Positions 1 to 8,890 of a DNA stretch of 32,000 nucleotides are shown one piece after another (the first letter of the stretch is position 1; every line of letters begins with the position of its first letter). The notes below the pieces were generated by a model. The model did not search any database. It worked only from the letters and a program-made list of their open reading frames with translations, and had not been told where the DNA came from. The DNA is from Nanobdellota archaeon (lineage in GTDB: Archaea > Nanobdellota > Nanobdellia > Nanobdellales > Nanobdellaceae). Location of the stretch: the NCBI GenBank assembly GCA_042850255.1, contig AP031373.1, positions 720,001 to 752,000 of the forward strand, in the 5' to 3' direction. A program made the position numbers and the translations under genes.

Positions 1-1
1 A

Positions 2-538
2 GATATATTTATTAAGAATTTTGTTAAATCTATAATATTTAATACAGATACTGGAAGAAAATTATTTTTCGATTTAATCAAAGATCTGGAAAAAATAAAC
101 TTAGCAACAATTAGTACTTTATATGATAGTAGATTAGATCATGCGGGCTTATTATATTCTACACATATACTGGTTATAAAACAAATATTAGAACTACTAA
201 ATGTAGAAAATAAAACAGAAGATATTGTAGATGAAATATTAGAAAAATTCGATAAGGATATTAAAATGATGTATGTATTAGCAATTTTAGGTAAAATAGA
301 GATAGAATCAAGAAAAGGTTCATTAAATAGAAATGAATTATTAAGATATCTAGATAATTATGGAGTTCCAGAAGGAATGTTTGCAGAAGTAATAGATAAT
401 TTATTATATCCATTAGGTATAACTTCTAAATATAATTATGAAAATTCTATACCATTTGTTATGACAAATCCTGAAAAATTAAAAGAACCCATAAATAAAT
501 ATTGTGAAGAATTGGCTAAGAGAGTATTATATAGTTAG
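2..538 (+). CDS. hypothetical protein, 5' end outside the window
   Basis: Frame 2 is open from the window edge to the stop at 536-538. The tracked ORF 266-538 is only its last internal Met. The upstream translation reads DIFIKNFVKSIIFNTDTGRKLFFDLIKDLEKINLATISTLYDSRLDHAGLLY.... The ISTLY motif is reminiscent of the helical family at 7.1-11.9 kb. No function can be assigned. Confidence 0.5.
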   Translation, partial: DIFIKNFVKSIIFNTDTGRKLFFDLIKDLEKINLATISTLYDSRLDHAGLLYSTHILVIKQILELLNVENKTEDIVDEILEKFDKDIKMMYVLAILGKIEIESRKGSLNRNELLRYLDNYGVPEGMFAEVIDNLLYPLGITSKYNYENSIPFVMTNPEKLKEPINKYCEELAKRVLYS

Positions 539-734
539 TTTTTTATAAAAGTATATTAATATTGAATTTTTATAAGAAGGATATATAAAAAGTATCTACA
601 CAATTTTTACTATATTTATATGTTCTCTAATTAAATAACTTAATAAGATATAAACACTGAAATTTTTTAGTGTTCTTATTATAATATATTATAAAAATAT
701 ATTTGCCTTGAGACTACAGGAATAATAATATAAT

Positions 735-998
735 ATGGAAGGAAAAATATATCCACAACCTACTGTAAATATCCGAAGGAAGAAAATTATAGAAAAGTTA
801 GAAAATTTAAGGTAAAAGTTAGAATTGGAGAAAAAGGTAGGTACTGTTGCATACCTATTGGATTTCTATGGAAAGCATAGTCAAATTCAAAGCATTGAAA
901 ATCAAAATGTACCTAATGATATAAATAAATTAAAGGAAGAATTAGATAAAGTAAATCAGAGAATATATAATATAGAACAAAAATTGAATAAAATTTAA
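735..998 (+). pseudogene. small coiled-coil ORF (about 87 codons) interrupted by an in-frame TAA
   Basis: The ATG at 735 gives MEGKIYPQPTVNIRRKKIIEKLENLR, then TAA at 813-815. The same frame continues KLELEKKVGTVAYLLDFYGKHSQIQSIENQNVPNDINKLKEELDKVNQRIYNIEQKLNKI to the stop at 996-998. It lies in an otherwise non-coding 750 bp gap. Function unknown. Confidence 0.3.
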
Positions 999-1286
999 CA
1001 ACAATGGAAATTAAATGATAACAATTGTAATAAAATATTAAGAACTAAATTATTTGAATTTTATAATAATATTATGAATACATCAAGAAAAATAATGTAA
1101 ATCCTAAAATATTGGAAAAATAGTGGCAATATATAAGAAATATATAAACTCTAATAATCTTTTTTAAATTTTTTAATAATTCTATAAAAATCTTAATGTT
1201 TAAAATTTTAAAGATATTTTATTAAAATAACTACAAATTTATAATAAAAATTATCTTAATAAAGTTTAGAATATATTTCAGAATGT

Positions 1287-1775
1287 ATGATAGATGATGA
1301 TCATGATTTCATAAAAGAATTTGAAGACTATTGGATGTCTTTAATAAAGAAAGTTACTAAAAATTATGTAATAATTGAAGATGAGACCCAAAATGTAAGA
1401 ACAAAAATAAAAGTAAATGGTAAAGCAGATTTATTTATGTTATTTTGGAGATCTTTTATAGATGGTTTCTCTAGAAATAATTTAGATATTATAACAGAAT
1501 TTGCTGCACCTTATCTAATAAAAGTATTAGGTATGAAAAGAGAATGGAAATTTAAAGTAGGTATAGGATTTGGAGATTTATTTTTAATAGATTCAGATTT
1601 ATTCTTTTATTTAATAATAATAGGAGAAAATCTATATAACTCTGGATATTTTGATTATAGAAAATTAAAAGAAATAAAAGATAAATTATCTGAAGATCCT
1701 AAAAAAGATTTTTATTGTTGTGGCATGATAGATAAAGTAAGAAAAAATAATTTAATGACATTTATTTTATATTGA
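1287..1775 (+). CDS. hypothetical protein
   Basis: 162-aa ORF with an ATG start and no recognisable motif. It converges on and overlaps the 3' end of the 1767-2522 gene by 9 nt. Confidence 0.5.
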   Translation: MIDDDHDFIKEFEDYWMSLIKKVTKNYVIIEDETQNVRTKIKVNGKADLFMLFWRSFIDGFSRNNLDIITEFAAPYLIKVLGMKREWKFKVGIGFGDLFLIDSDLFFYLIIIGENLYNSGYFDYRKLKEIKDKLSEDPKKDFYCCGMIDKVRKNNLMTFILY

Positions 1776-2522
1776 ATTTATATAATTAAGGACCTCTTTA
1801 TATAAACTTTTTATATATTCATTTTCAGGTAAATAATCTGTTAGTTCATAAATTATATATTTTATATTATCTAAACTATTAGCCTTTATTAATTTATGTA
1901 CTATTTCCCTTTGTTTTTCTTTATCAATATTTAATAATATATTGCCTAAAAGACTACCAATAAAATATTCTTTACTTCCATAACTAATTATATCATTCAT
2001 TTTTTCGATTTCTTCTTTTTTAAATACTTTAGATAAAAATATAATTGTTAAAGCTTCTGTAGTAAATTCTTCTAATTTTTTATATTTATTTACTTTATCA
2101 AAAACCTTCTTGTATATTGGAATATATGGAATTATCCATAATAATAAATAATAATTATAGAAAAGAGGAAGATAAAAAACAGGAATTATTGAGGAAATAG
2201 TTAATGTATTAATAATAAAAGATTTTAATCTATAATCTTTATTATTTTCGAATCTTGTATAATGAGTTAATTCATGAAATAAAACATGATATAATTTATA
2301 TTTATCCTCAAATTCATTATAATTTTTTAACAAAGATTTGTCTATTTCTATAATATTAAATCCGAAAAAATATCTATAAGAACCATAAGTATTTTCTTTA
2401 TTAAGTATATCTGTTACTATTATAGTAGGTTTTCTTAATTTTTTATCCAACCCAAATGATCGAATAGAATTATAAAAATCATTTACTATATTATCCAATA
2501 TTTCTTTATAATACTCTTTCAT
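1767..2522 (-). CDS. HExxH zincin-like protein with hydrophobic insert (M-family copy 1, intact)
   Basis: HELTH is encoded at 2262-2276 on the minus strand. A downstream EEFTTEALTIIFL block could supply a third-ligand Glu. The hydrophobic stretch FIINTLTISSIIPVFYLPLFYNYYLLLWIIPYIPIY lies between the two motifs. The N-terminal SFGLDKKLRKPTIIV is colinear with SLGLDKKLKGYSPIFII of the 5626-6362 locus. Confidence 0.6.
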   Translation of the reverse strand: MKEYYKEILDNIVNDFYNSIRSFGLDKKLRKPTIIVTDILNKENTYGSYRYFFGFNIIEIDKSLLKNYNEFEDKYKLYHVLFHELTHYTRFENNKDYRLKSFIINTLTISSIIPVFYLPLFYNYYLLLWIIPYIPIYKKVFDKVNKYKKLEEFTTEALTIIFLSKVFKKEEIEKMNDIISYGSKEYFIGSLLGNILLNIDKEKQREIVHKLIKANSLDNIKYIIYELTDYLPENEYIKSLYKEVLNYINSI

Positions 2523-2744
2523 AGTAGTAATATATGATTAGTCTTTAAATAAATTTATTAAAAATTTTGGTATATCTTCTTTATCTAATATTATTACATC
2601 TTTTGGATAATTTCTATGAGGTTTTCCTGTTTTTACTTCAATTTTTAAATTATTAGAAATACAATCTATTTCATAAGAATTTTTATAATAATATATCTAC
2701 TTAAATTTTCTATTGAGGTATCTTAGCAATAGTTCTATATATCT

Positions 2745-2799
2745 ATGAGAACCCATAGTTCTCATGATTTATAAATATATGAGAACTTTGAGTTCTCAC
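2745..2799. promoter_or_regulatory. two tandem palindromes ATGAGAAC-N5-GTTCTCAT flanking a TATA-like tttataaata
   Basis: 2745-2765 is ATGAGAAC ccata GTTCTCAT, a perfect 8-bp inverted repeat. 2779-2799 is ATGAGAAC tttga GTTCTCAc (7 of 8). The centres are 34 bp apart, with tttataaata at 2768-2777 between them. The pair lies between the 3' end of 2863-3825 and the 5' side of 1767-2522, both on the minus strand. Confidence 0.5.
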
Positions 2800-2862
2800 A
2801 TTTTTTATATTTTTAACAATTAATTTGATAAAAAAGATATTATTAATTAAATAATCAAAAAA

Positions 2863-3825
2863 TTATTTTTTATAATATTTTTCAAAAAAAGATAAGGCAT
2901 TATCAGATATACGATCTTCTGTTATTATTCTTTCTAATGAAAGAGGATAATAGCTAGGAGATATTACCTTTACTTCTATATTTCCATTTGATTCATTTAT
3001 TTCTTTTACTGTAACTGGTAAATATGTATAATCCTCATTCCCTCCTATAAGTATGTTAACAAATAATACATTATCATGATCTGCAGAAGGTCTATAGAAT
3101 AAATCTTCTCTTAAATCTTTAGATTTATACCCTTTATATTTTCTTAAACCATTTCTAGATAAAGAATATGCTTTCTCAGATTGTTCTATCTGTCCATTTA
3201 TATAATTTTCTTGTATATTTTCAAGTTTCTTATCTATATTATTTAATTCTGTAAATTTGCCATCTTGAGAAAATGATGTAGAAATTCTAACATAGATATT
3301 ATTAAATAATTCTATATTACTTACATCCTCTACATCATTGGATTTTTTTCTTATTTTTGGGGATGGATATAATTTGTCTTCTAAGAAAGATATAAAATCT
3401 GCAGGAGAATAAAAAATTTTACACTCATGAAAATTACATGCATAAGTATAAGGAACATATATAATAGCTCTTTCACGACCTTCATCTTTTATTAATTTAA
3501 GATGGACATAACCTTTAGCTAATAATTCAATAAATTCTTCATCTTTTATAATACCTTTTAATTTCTCTAAATAACTATGAACTTTAATACCATAATCTTC
3601 TAATGGTACTTCACATTTACTATCATCTACTGCTATTTGAAGTACAGATGTTTTATCATCTCTATATTCAGATAACATTATCTCTCTTCCAATATTATCC
3701 CTTCCAATTATTTCGTATCTCATACCACCTTTTCCAATTTTTTCATCTATCCTTTTCATTTTTGAAAATGGATTATCGAAATAATCTGTTATTTCTTCTT
3801 CTATTATCTCTTTTGCATCGTCCAT
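2863..3825 (-). CDS. hypothetical protein
   Basis: 320-aa ORF with normal, non-shadow amino-acid composition and no motif I can recognise. Confidence 0.6.
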   Translation of the reverse strand: MDDAKEIIEEEITDYFDNPFSKMKRIDEKIGKGGMRYEIIGRDNIGREIMLSEYRDDKTSVLQIAVDDSKCEVPLEDYGIKVHSYLEKLKGIIKDEEFIELLAKGYVHLKLIKDEGRERAIIYVPYTYACNFHECKIFYSPADFISFLEDKLYPSPKIRKKSNDVEDVSNIELFNNIYVRISTSFSQDGKFTELNNIDKKLENIQENYINGQIEQSEKAYSLSRNGLRKYKGYKSKDLREDLFYRPSADHDNVLFVNILIGGNEDYTYLPVTVKEINESNGNIEVKVISPSYYPLSLERIITEDRISDNALSFFEKYYKK

Positions 3826-3928
3826 GAGATATTATTTGAGAGTTATATTTATATGATTTTTTATACTTCCGACTATTATACAGTAATCACATATTTTCTT
3901 TAAGATAATTTTAAGTTAATATTAAATA

Positions 3929-4453
3929 ATGAAAATATATACAATTGGTCATTCTAATAGATCTTTAGAAGAATTTATACAAATATTACAAAATTATGAT
4001 ATAGAAATTTTAATTGATATAAGGAGATTTCCTAAAAGTAGAAAATATACTTATTTTAATATTGAAGATTTATCATCTATTTTACCAAAATACAATATAA
4101 AATATATTTGGGAAGAAAAATTAGGAGGATTTAGAAAATTTGGAAAAGATGTAAAAGATATTGGAATTGGAAAATGTTTTAAAAGTGAATCATTTAGAGC
4201 ATATGCTACATATATTTTAACAAATGATGAAGTAAAAGAAATATTAAAAAATATAGAAAATATGGCAAAAGATAAAAATATTGTATTAATGTGCTCTGAA
4301 AGATTTCCATGGAATTGTCATAGAAAAATTGTTTCAGATTGGTTTTTATACAAAGGATTTAAAGTAATACATATAATTGATTTAAATAAAACAATAGAAC
4401 ATAAATTTACCCAATGTGCAGAAATAGAAAATGGAGAATTAAAATATATATAA
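3929..4453 (+). CDS. DUF488-family protein
   Basis: The N-terminal MKIYTIGHSNRSLEEF...DIRRFP and the C-terminal LMCSERFPWNCHRKIV match the conserved layout of DUF488 proteins (TIGHS, DVR, CxE...CHR). Confidence 0.7.
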   Translation: MKIYTIGHSNRSLEEFIQILQNYDIEILIDIRRFPKSRKYTYFNIEDLSSILPKYNIKYIWEEKLGGFRKFGKDVKDIGIGKCFKSESFRAYATYILTNDEVKEILKNIENMAKDKNIVLMCSERFPWNCHRKIVSDWFLYKGFKVIHIIDLNKTIEHKFTQCAEIENGELKYI

Positions 4454-4455
4454 AA

Positions 4456-4974
4456 TTAGTATTTGTAATCCTTTAATCTTTGCTTAGGATGATCTGATAT
4501 TCTTCCTAATGTATGATAATCTAGAATTCTTTCTCCTTCTCCATCAACAAATAATTTATAAATTCCATTTTCCTCTATTATTTTACCTAATCTATATTCC
4601 TTAAGCTTTTCACTATAAAATAAAACATATGCTTCTCCTCCAGATATTAAAGATTTTATGTATTGAGACTTATCACTATTTGGAGCATATAACATAGATT
4701 CTATATCTTTTCTCTTAAGTAAATAACCAGATTTTAATTTTCCTGTATTTCTATCAGCAAATCCTATCTTAAGCGCTGCTCTTCTTCCCATAAAAATTTT
4801 TCCAGCTTTTGTTATATATTCAAATTGATAAGTATTTGGCATATATGGAATTTCTTCAATTTTTACACTTGGATTTGTTATATCTGTTCCCCATAAATAT
4901 TGTTCTATTTCTTTAATAGCTTGATCTATGGATTTATATCCGCTAGTTTTATAGTCTTCTCCGAGCCTTTTCAA
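4456..4974 (-). CDS. hypothetical protein; possible 5' extension to about 5059 through a frameshift
   Basis: 172-aa ORF starting at TTG. Immediately upstream in another frame (5059 down to about 4950) is MLFMMSYTLDTILVGRVISGGIDRQQTTVEKA. This comparatively GC-rich stretch meets the ORF at the T4/A4 run 4970-4973. Confidence 0.5.
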   Translation of the reverse strand: MKRLGEDYKTSGYKSIDQAIKEIEQYLWGTDITNPSVKIEEIPYMPNTYQFEYITKAGKIFMGRRAALKIGFADRNTGKLKSGYLLKRKDIESMLYAPNSDKSQYIKSLISGGEAYVLFYSEKLKEYRLGKIIEENGIYKLFVDGEGERILDYHTLGRISDHPKQRLKDYKY

Positions 4975-5173
4975 CTGTAGTTTGTTGTCTATCTATACCT
5001 CCAGATATAACTCTTCCAACCAAGATGGTGTCTAGGGTATAACTCATCATGAATAACATATTTCTAGAAAAGATTTATAAAATTTAATATTATTATCACC
5101 ACTAATTTTTACTAAATTAAATACTTATAATAACTATTTATTACTTTAAATTTATTATAAATTATAAAATTCT

Positions 5174-5581
5174 ATGGACATAAATATAGTAAAAGAAAAA
5201 ATAAATAAAATATATGAATACATTCCATTATTAAAAGTAATAGGATTAGAAATAAATATTGAAGAATTAAAAGAAGATGAAATAATAGTATCTTTTAGTA
5301 GCAAAGAACATTTTTATAGAAAGGAAGGATTCTTATTTGGAGGATTTATAGAATTGGTATTTGATGCTATTTTAGGATTATTAGTAAGAATTGTAAATGA
5401 TAAAAATAATCAGGTAACTGTAAATTTAAATATTGATTTTATTTCTGAAGCTAAAAGTGATAAATTTTATGTAAAAGGTAAAATTATAAGAAAAGGAAGT
5501 TCAATAGTATTTGTAGAAGGTTATTTATATAATAATGAAAAAATATTTGCAAAAGCTAATGGAATATGGAAAATATTTTAA
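5174..5581 (+). CDS. PaaI/hotdog-fold thioesterase-like protein
   Basis: 135 aa. The FLFGGFIELVFDAILG core and the length fit the 4HBT/PaaI hotdog thioesterase pattern (hGG...l.D...g). Confidence 0.65.
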   Translation: MDINIVKEKINKIYEYIPLLKVIGLEINIEELKEDEIIVSFSSKEHFYRKEGFLFGGFIELVFDAILGLLVRIVNDKNNQVTVNLNIDFISEAKSDKFYVKGKIIRKGSSIVFVEGYLYNNEKIFAKANGIWKIF

Positions 5582-5625
5582 TTTGTTGTGTAAAAATTTA
5601 ACAATTTTTCTATAAATTACTACTT

Positions 5626-6362
5626 GTGGATGATAATCTCACTATTATACAAGAAATTCTTAATAAATATGATGACGCTAGAAAATCTTTAGGATTAGAT
5701 AAGAAACTAAAAGGATATAGTCCTATATTTATTATAAATGAAAATACAAAATATGCACATATGATCCTAAAAATAATATTATATTTGTAAATAAGGATAT
5801 ATTAAATGAAGAAAATAAGACAATTTCTTATTATTCAATTATTCACGAATTAATCCATCTAGAAAGAAAATTAAATAGAGATTGCGTAGAAGTAGATATT
5901 CAATGTGAAGATATAGATATTGAACAATGTGAAAATATAAAATATATAATAAAAAATACTGTTTATTCTTCTAACCCATTTAATAATATAACAGAAGAAA
6001 TTTCAACAACTGCAGCATCAATTATTTTCTTGTATAAAATATTTAGAAATTCTATAGACAATATTATAAAAGAATGGAATAAAGTAAATAGTATAAATGA
6101 GTTAAATAAATATGAAAATGATAAAGATTATGCACCATACTGGGCAGGTATTATAATTGGTTATTTAATTATTAAATCTGTAAAAGAAGATAAATTGGGA
6201 AAATTTGCATATAATTTAATAAAAGCTTGCGATATAAGAGACTTAGAAAATATTACATTGGATCTAGCGACAATATTTCCAGGTAAATATACAGATCTAT
6301 ACAACAAAGTAGTAGGATACCTTACTTCATTAGAGGAATCTCAAAAAGCATATAATAAGTAA
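5626..6362 (+). pseudogene. HExxH zincin-like protein, frameshifted (M-family copy 2)
   Basis: The GTG at 5626 in frame 1 gives (M)DDNLTIIQEILNKYDDARKSLGLDKKLKGYSPIFIINENTKYAH and stops at 5794-5796. Frame 3 continues from about 5757 with DPKNNIIFVNKDILNEENKTISYYSIIHELIHLERK (HELIH at 5844-5858) and runs into the tracked ORF ending at 6362. Both halves are colinear with 1767-2522. The EEFTTEA block reads EEISTTAA here, so the putative ligand Glu is replaced. Confidence 0.6.
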
Positions 6363-6579
6363 AAATATAAAAATTTAAATTTTTATAATAACTTTTTATG
6401 AATATCAAGAATGGCGTTAAAAATTTATTATTTAAATTTTTATCTCTTTTTATATCTTTTTTATTTTCTTTAACTAGAATTCCAAAATTTATATTTAGTA
6501 GAAATTTTTTAATTATATTAGTTATATACTCTTTATTTTTTATCATATCACAAAATTCTTTACAATACTTTTTATCCAA
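6322..6579 (-). CDS. possible small hypothetical protein
   Basis: 85-aa K/N-rich ORF with composition like genuine genes of this genome. Its mirror ORF 6398-6655 (+) is F/L/I-rich, as antisense shadows are. Neither ORF has a recognisable motif. Confidence 0.25.
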   Translation of the reverse strand: MDKKYCKEFCDMIKNKEYITNIIKKFLLNINFGILVKENKKDIKRDKNLNNKFLTPFLIFIKSYYKNLNFYIFTYYMLFEIPLMK

Positions 6580-6761
6580 TATGTTAAATATTCAGATTTC
6601 TTATATATTTATCTTATTTCTAATTATAACACTAGGAGCTATTAGAATGGTATGATCTTATATTTTTCGAGACGATTGGCATAAAGAACTATTATAAATA
6701 ATATATATCTACTTTAGAGTGTATACTGAATTTTATATAAAAACACGCAGATATTAAAATT

Positions 6762-7046
6762 ATGGATAAAGAACCTTTCTACTTTAAATCATTTGATAAA
6801 ATTGTAGGAGTTGCAAAAGATGTAGAAGAATTAAAAAAAGAAATTGCCAGGTTATTATATATTGATCCGAAGGTAGTAGAATATCATTTAAAAGAAGGGC
6901 ATATAGTAAAATGGTTAGAATATATAGGAGAAAATGAATTAGCAAAAAAATTAAGAAAAGTTACAGATCCTATTAAAGCATATGAAGTAATAGAAAATTA
7001 TCTAAAAAGTAAAGAAGAAAAAATGGATATAAAAGCTAAGTATTAG
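6762..7046 (+). CDS. small conserved-looking hypothetical protein
   Basis: 94 aa. The pattern is FYF...VGVAKDVEELKKEI...VEYHLKEGHIVKWLEYIGENELAKKL. It resembles a small archaeal domain-of-unknown-function family, but I cannot name the family with confidence. It sits between M-family copy 2 and helical-family copy 1. Confidence 0.5.
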   Translation: MDKEPFYFKSFDKIVGVAKDVEELKKEIARLLYIDPKVVEYHLKEGHIVKWLEYIGENELAKKLRKVTDPIKAYEVIENYLKSKEEKMDIKAKY

Positions 7047-7110
7047 ATTTTTTATAAATATTTATCTTTTTATGTAATATTTCTAAATCTTTTGCATATA
7101 TTTTATATTA

Positions 7111-7962
7111 ATGAATAATAATACATATTCAGATATTATAAAATATAATTTATTAGAAAATTTAAAAAAATATTTAATATTAAATAAGAAAGATTTATCT
7201 ATAGTAGAAAAAACACTCAATAATTATTTTCCATATGAAGAAATAGAGTATAATTTAAATCCTTATAATCAAGATAAAATAATAAAAGTAATTGCTGCTA
7301 TTAATACTAGTATTGTACCATATATATCTACGTTAAAAATCTTTAAAATAGAAATTGATAATAAATTAAAAGAAAGATATAATTATTTAAATTTAGAAGA
7401 TTTATTACAAATATATAGAAGTGCTTTAATAGGAAATATATCACTATTATCTGCAATGAAAGCTTTAATTAACTATTTTGATAATGAAGAAAAGAATATA
7501 GTTGCAGCTAGTGGATTAAATTTTATTATTTATAAAGAAAGATCATTTTTTAAATATTCTAAGTACTTGATATCGCAAATATTCCAAGATAACAAAATAA
7601 AAGTAGATTATCAAAATTTAGATAGATTATTAATAGGTTTAGTTTACGGTCTTTTAGTAAGTAGCATTCTTGATAAATTATTAAAAGATCCTAATTTAGA
7701 TAAATATTTAGAAAAATTATCTAAAATTCATAAAAAAATTGGAAAAATAACCAATAATGAAAAAGCGATTAAGAAAATAATAAAAATTATTTATAAAGAT
7801 CTAACAATATATTTAGATAAAGAAGAAAATAGGGAGTTTCTTAATAGTTTAATAAATTTAAAAAATATTATTAAAGATCTAAAAATAAGTTTTGATAATT
7901 ATCCAAATGTTATAGTTTATATAAATTTGATAGAAAATTTAGAATATAAATTAAAAAAGTAA
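7111..7962 (+). CDS. helical-family protein (P-family copy 1)
   Basis: 283 aa. It carries the N-terminal NLLENLKK motif and the central block NLEDLLQIYRSALIGNISLLSAMKALINYFDNEE, shared with 9922-10794, 10986-11930, 15932-16984 and the disrupted 8891-9879. Confidence 0.65.
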   Translation: MNNNTYSDIIKYNLLENLKKYLILNKKDLSIVEKTLNNYFPYEEIEYNLNPYNQDKIIKVIAAINTSIVPYISTLKIFKIEIDNKLKERYNYLNLEDLLQIYRSALIGNISLLSAMKALINYFDNEEKNIVAASGLNFIIYKERSFFKYSKYLISQIFQDNKIKVDYQNLDRLLIGLVYGLLVSSILDKLLKDPNLDKYLEKLSKIHKKIGKITNNEKAIKKIIKIIYKDLTIYLDKEENREFLNSLINLKNIIKDLKISFDNYPNVIVYINLIENLEYKLKK

Positions 7963-7964
7963 TT

Positions 7965-8831
7965 TTATATTTTTAACGCATTTTTTATTACATTCGGTAT
8001 CTCTTCAATTAAATCTGTAGGTAACACCCCTTCTAAATATTTTTTACTAGCAAGTTCTCCAGCTTTTCCATTTATATATCCAGCAGCACATGATGCAATA
8101 AAAGGATCTTTTGTTCTAATTAATGTAGAAATTAATATTCCAGCTAATGTATTTCCAAATCCTTCTTTTGTCATATATCTAGAATAATATCCTTTTTTAA
8201 TAATTCCAACCCTTTCTCCATCAGATACAACATCTATAGGACCTTTTAATATTATTGTAGTATCATATTCTTTCGCATATTTTTTTACTTTTTCTATTCT
8301 TTCATTTAAATCATAAGAAACTTTTTCTCCGAATAATATATAAAATTCATAAGATTGAGGAGTTAATATAAAATTCTTATTTAATAATTCTTTTTTCTTA
8401 GCAATTGCATATAGTGCATCATCATCAATTATAACAAAATTCTTTATTTTTTCTAGATATTCTGTTACAGTATTTAATACATCTTCATTTCTAGTCAATC
8501 CCCCTCCGATTTCTATTACATCTCTTTTTTCAGATAATTTAATTAGATCTTCAATATTTTCTTTATTTAAATATTCCCCTTTTAATGGATAAACCATTAA
8601 ATTTGGATTATATGATGATATTATCATTGAAGAATATTCTGGAGAAGCAATTGTAACCCAATCTATTCCAGATCTGTATGAAGATAAAGCAACTAAGATT
8701 GGAGTTGTAGGATATAATTTACTACCACCAATTATTAATGCGTTTCCAAAATTCTTTTTTCTTACATATTTTTCCCTTTTCTTATAAACCTGAGAAATTA
8801 TATTTTTATCTACTTCAAATATTTCCATCAC
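7965..8831 (-). CDS. nnrD: ADP-dependent NAD(P)H-hydrate dehydratase (YjeF C-terminal, carbohydrate-kinase fold)
   Basis: NFGNALIIGGSKLYPTTPILVALSSYRSGIDWVTIA matches the GGS..Y.GAP signature. The C-terminal GFGNTLAGILIS matches the G.GD.LAG signature. The length is about 288 aa. Confidence 0.8.
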   Translation of the reverse strand: MMEIFEVDKNIISQVYKKREKYVRKKNFGNALIIGGSKLYPTTPILVALSSYRSGIDWVTIASPEYSSMIISSYNPNLMVYPLKGEYLNKENIEDLIKLSEKRDVIEIGGGLTRNEDVLNTVTEYLEKIKNFVIIDDDALYAIAKKKELLNKNFILTPQSYEFYILFGEKVSYDLNERIEKVKKYAKEYDTTIILKGPIDVVSDGERVGIIKKGYYSRYMTKEGFGNTLAGILISTLIRTKDPFIASCAAGYINGKAGELASKKYLEGVLPTDLIEEIPNVIKNALKI

Positions 8832-8890
8832 TATATTTTAAATTTTTCGTTTAAATACTTATCTTTAAATATAACTCTTATTCAATAAAT

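Noticed and set aside
622-627. Isolated GTTCTC half-site matching the 2745-2799 palindrome, upstream of the broken small ORF at 735
   Set aside because: It is a single 6-mer with no dyad partner. Several chance occurrences of such a hexamer are expected in 32 kb on two strands.
653-674. Inverted repeat AACACT-N10-AGTGTT in the non-coding gap after the first ORF
   Set aside because: It has only a 6-bp stem with a 10-nt loop and no flanking T-tract logic. This is within chance expectation for the window.
2541-2696. 52-codon open frame on the minus strand (IYYYKNSYEIDCISNNLKIEVKTGKPHRNYPKDVIILDKEDIPKFLINLFKD), ending 18 nt before the HExxH gene start
   Set aside because: It contains no ATG, GTG or TTG codon anywhere in the frame and no recognisable motif. 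It may be a gene remnant but cannot be called as a CDS.
2745-2799. Possibility that the two 21-bp palindromic repeats are a minimal CRISPR array
   Set aside because: There are only two repeats, separated by 13 bp, which is far shorter than any spacer. The intervening sequence is TATA-like, and no cas genes or leader are present. An operator or hairpin interpretation fits better.
3603-3827. Tracked F/L/H/S-rich ORFs lying antisense inside longer genes. This one, plus 18909-19169, 20238-20474, 21744-21995, 25843-26076, 28537-28743, 29797-30024 and 31752-31958.
   Set aside because: Each is fully embedded antisense in a longer ORF with recognisable motifs or normal composition. Each also has the low-complexity F/L/S/Y bias typical of shadow frames.
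4975-5059. C/D-box sRNA on the minus strand, starting from the AUGAUGA at 5044-5050 in a locally GC-richer segment
   Set aside because: There is no CUGA D box at the expected 50-60 nt distance (only CUGG) and no recognisable C'/D' pair. The segment reads better as a frameshifted N-terminal coding extension of 4456-4974.
6398-6655. Tracked 85-aa F/L/I-rich ORF that looks like a small membrane protein
   Set aside because: It is almost exactly antisense to the K/N-rich ORF 6322-6579. In this AT-rich genome the antisense of AAA/AAT-rich coding sequence always yields TTT/ATT-rich pseudo-membrane ORFs. There is no independent support.
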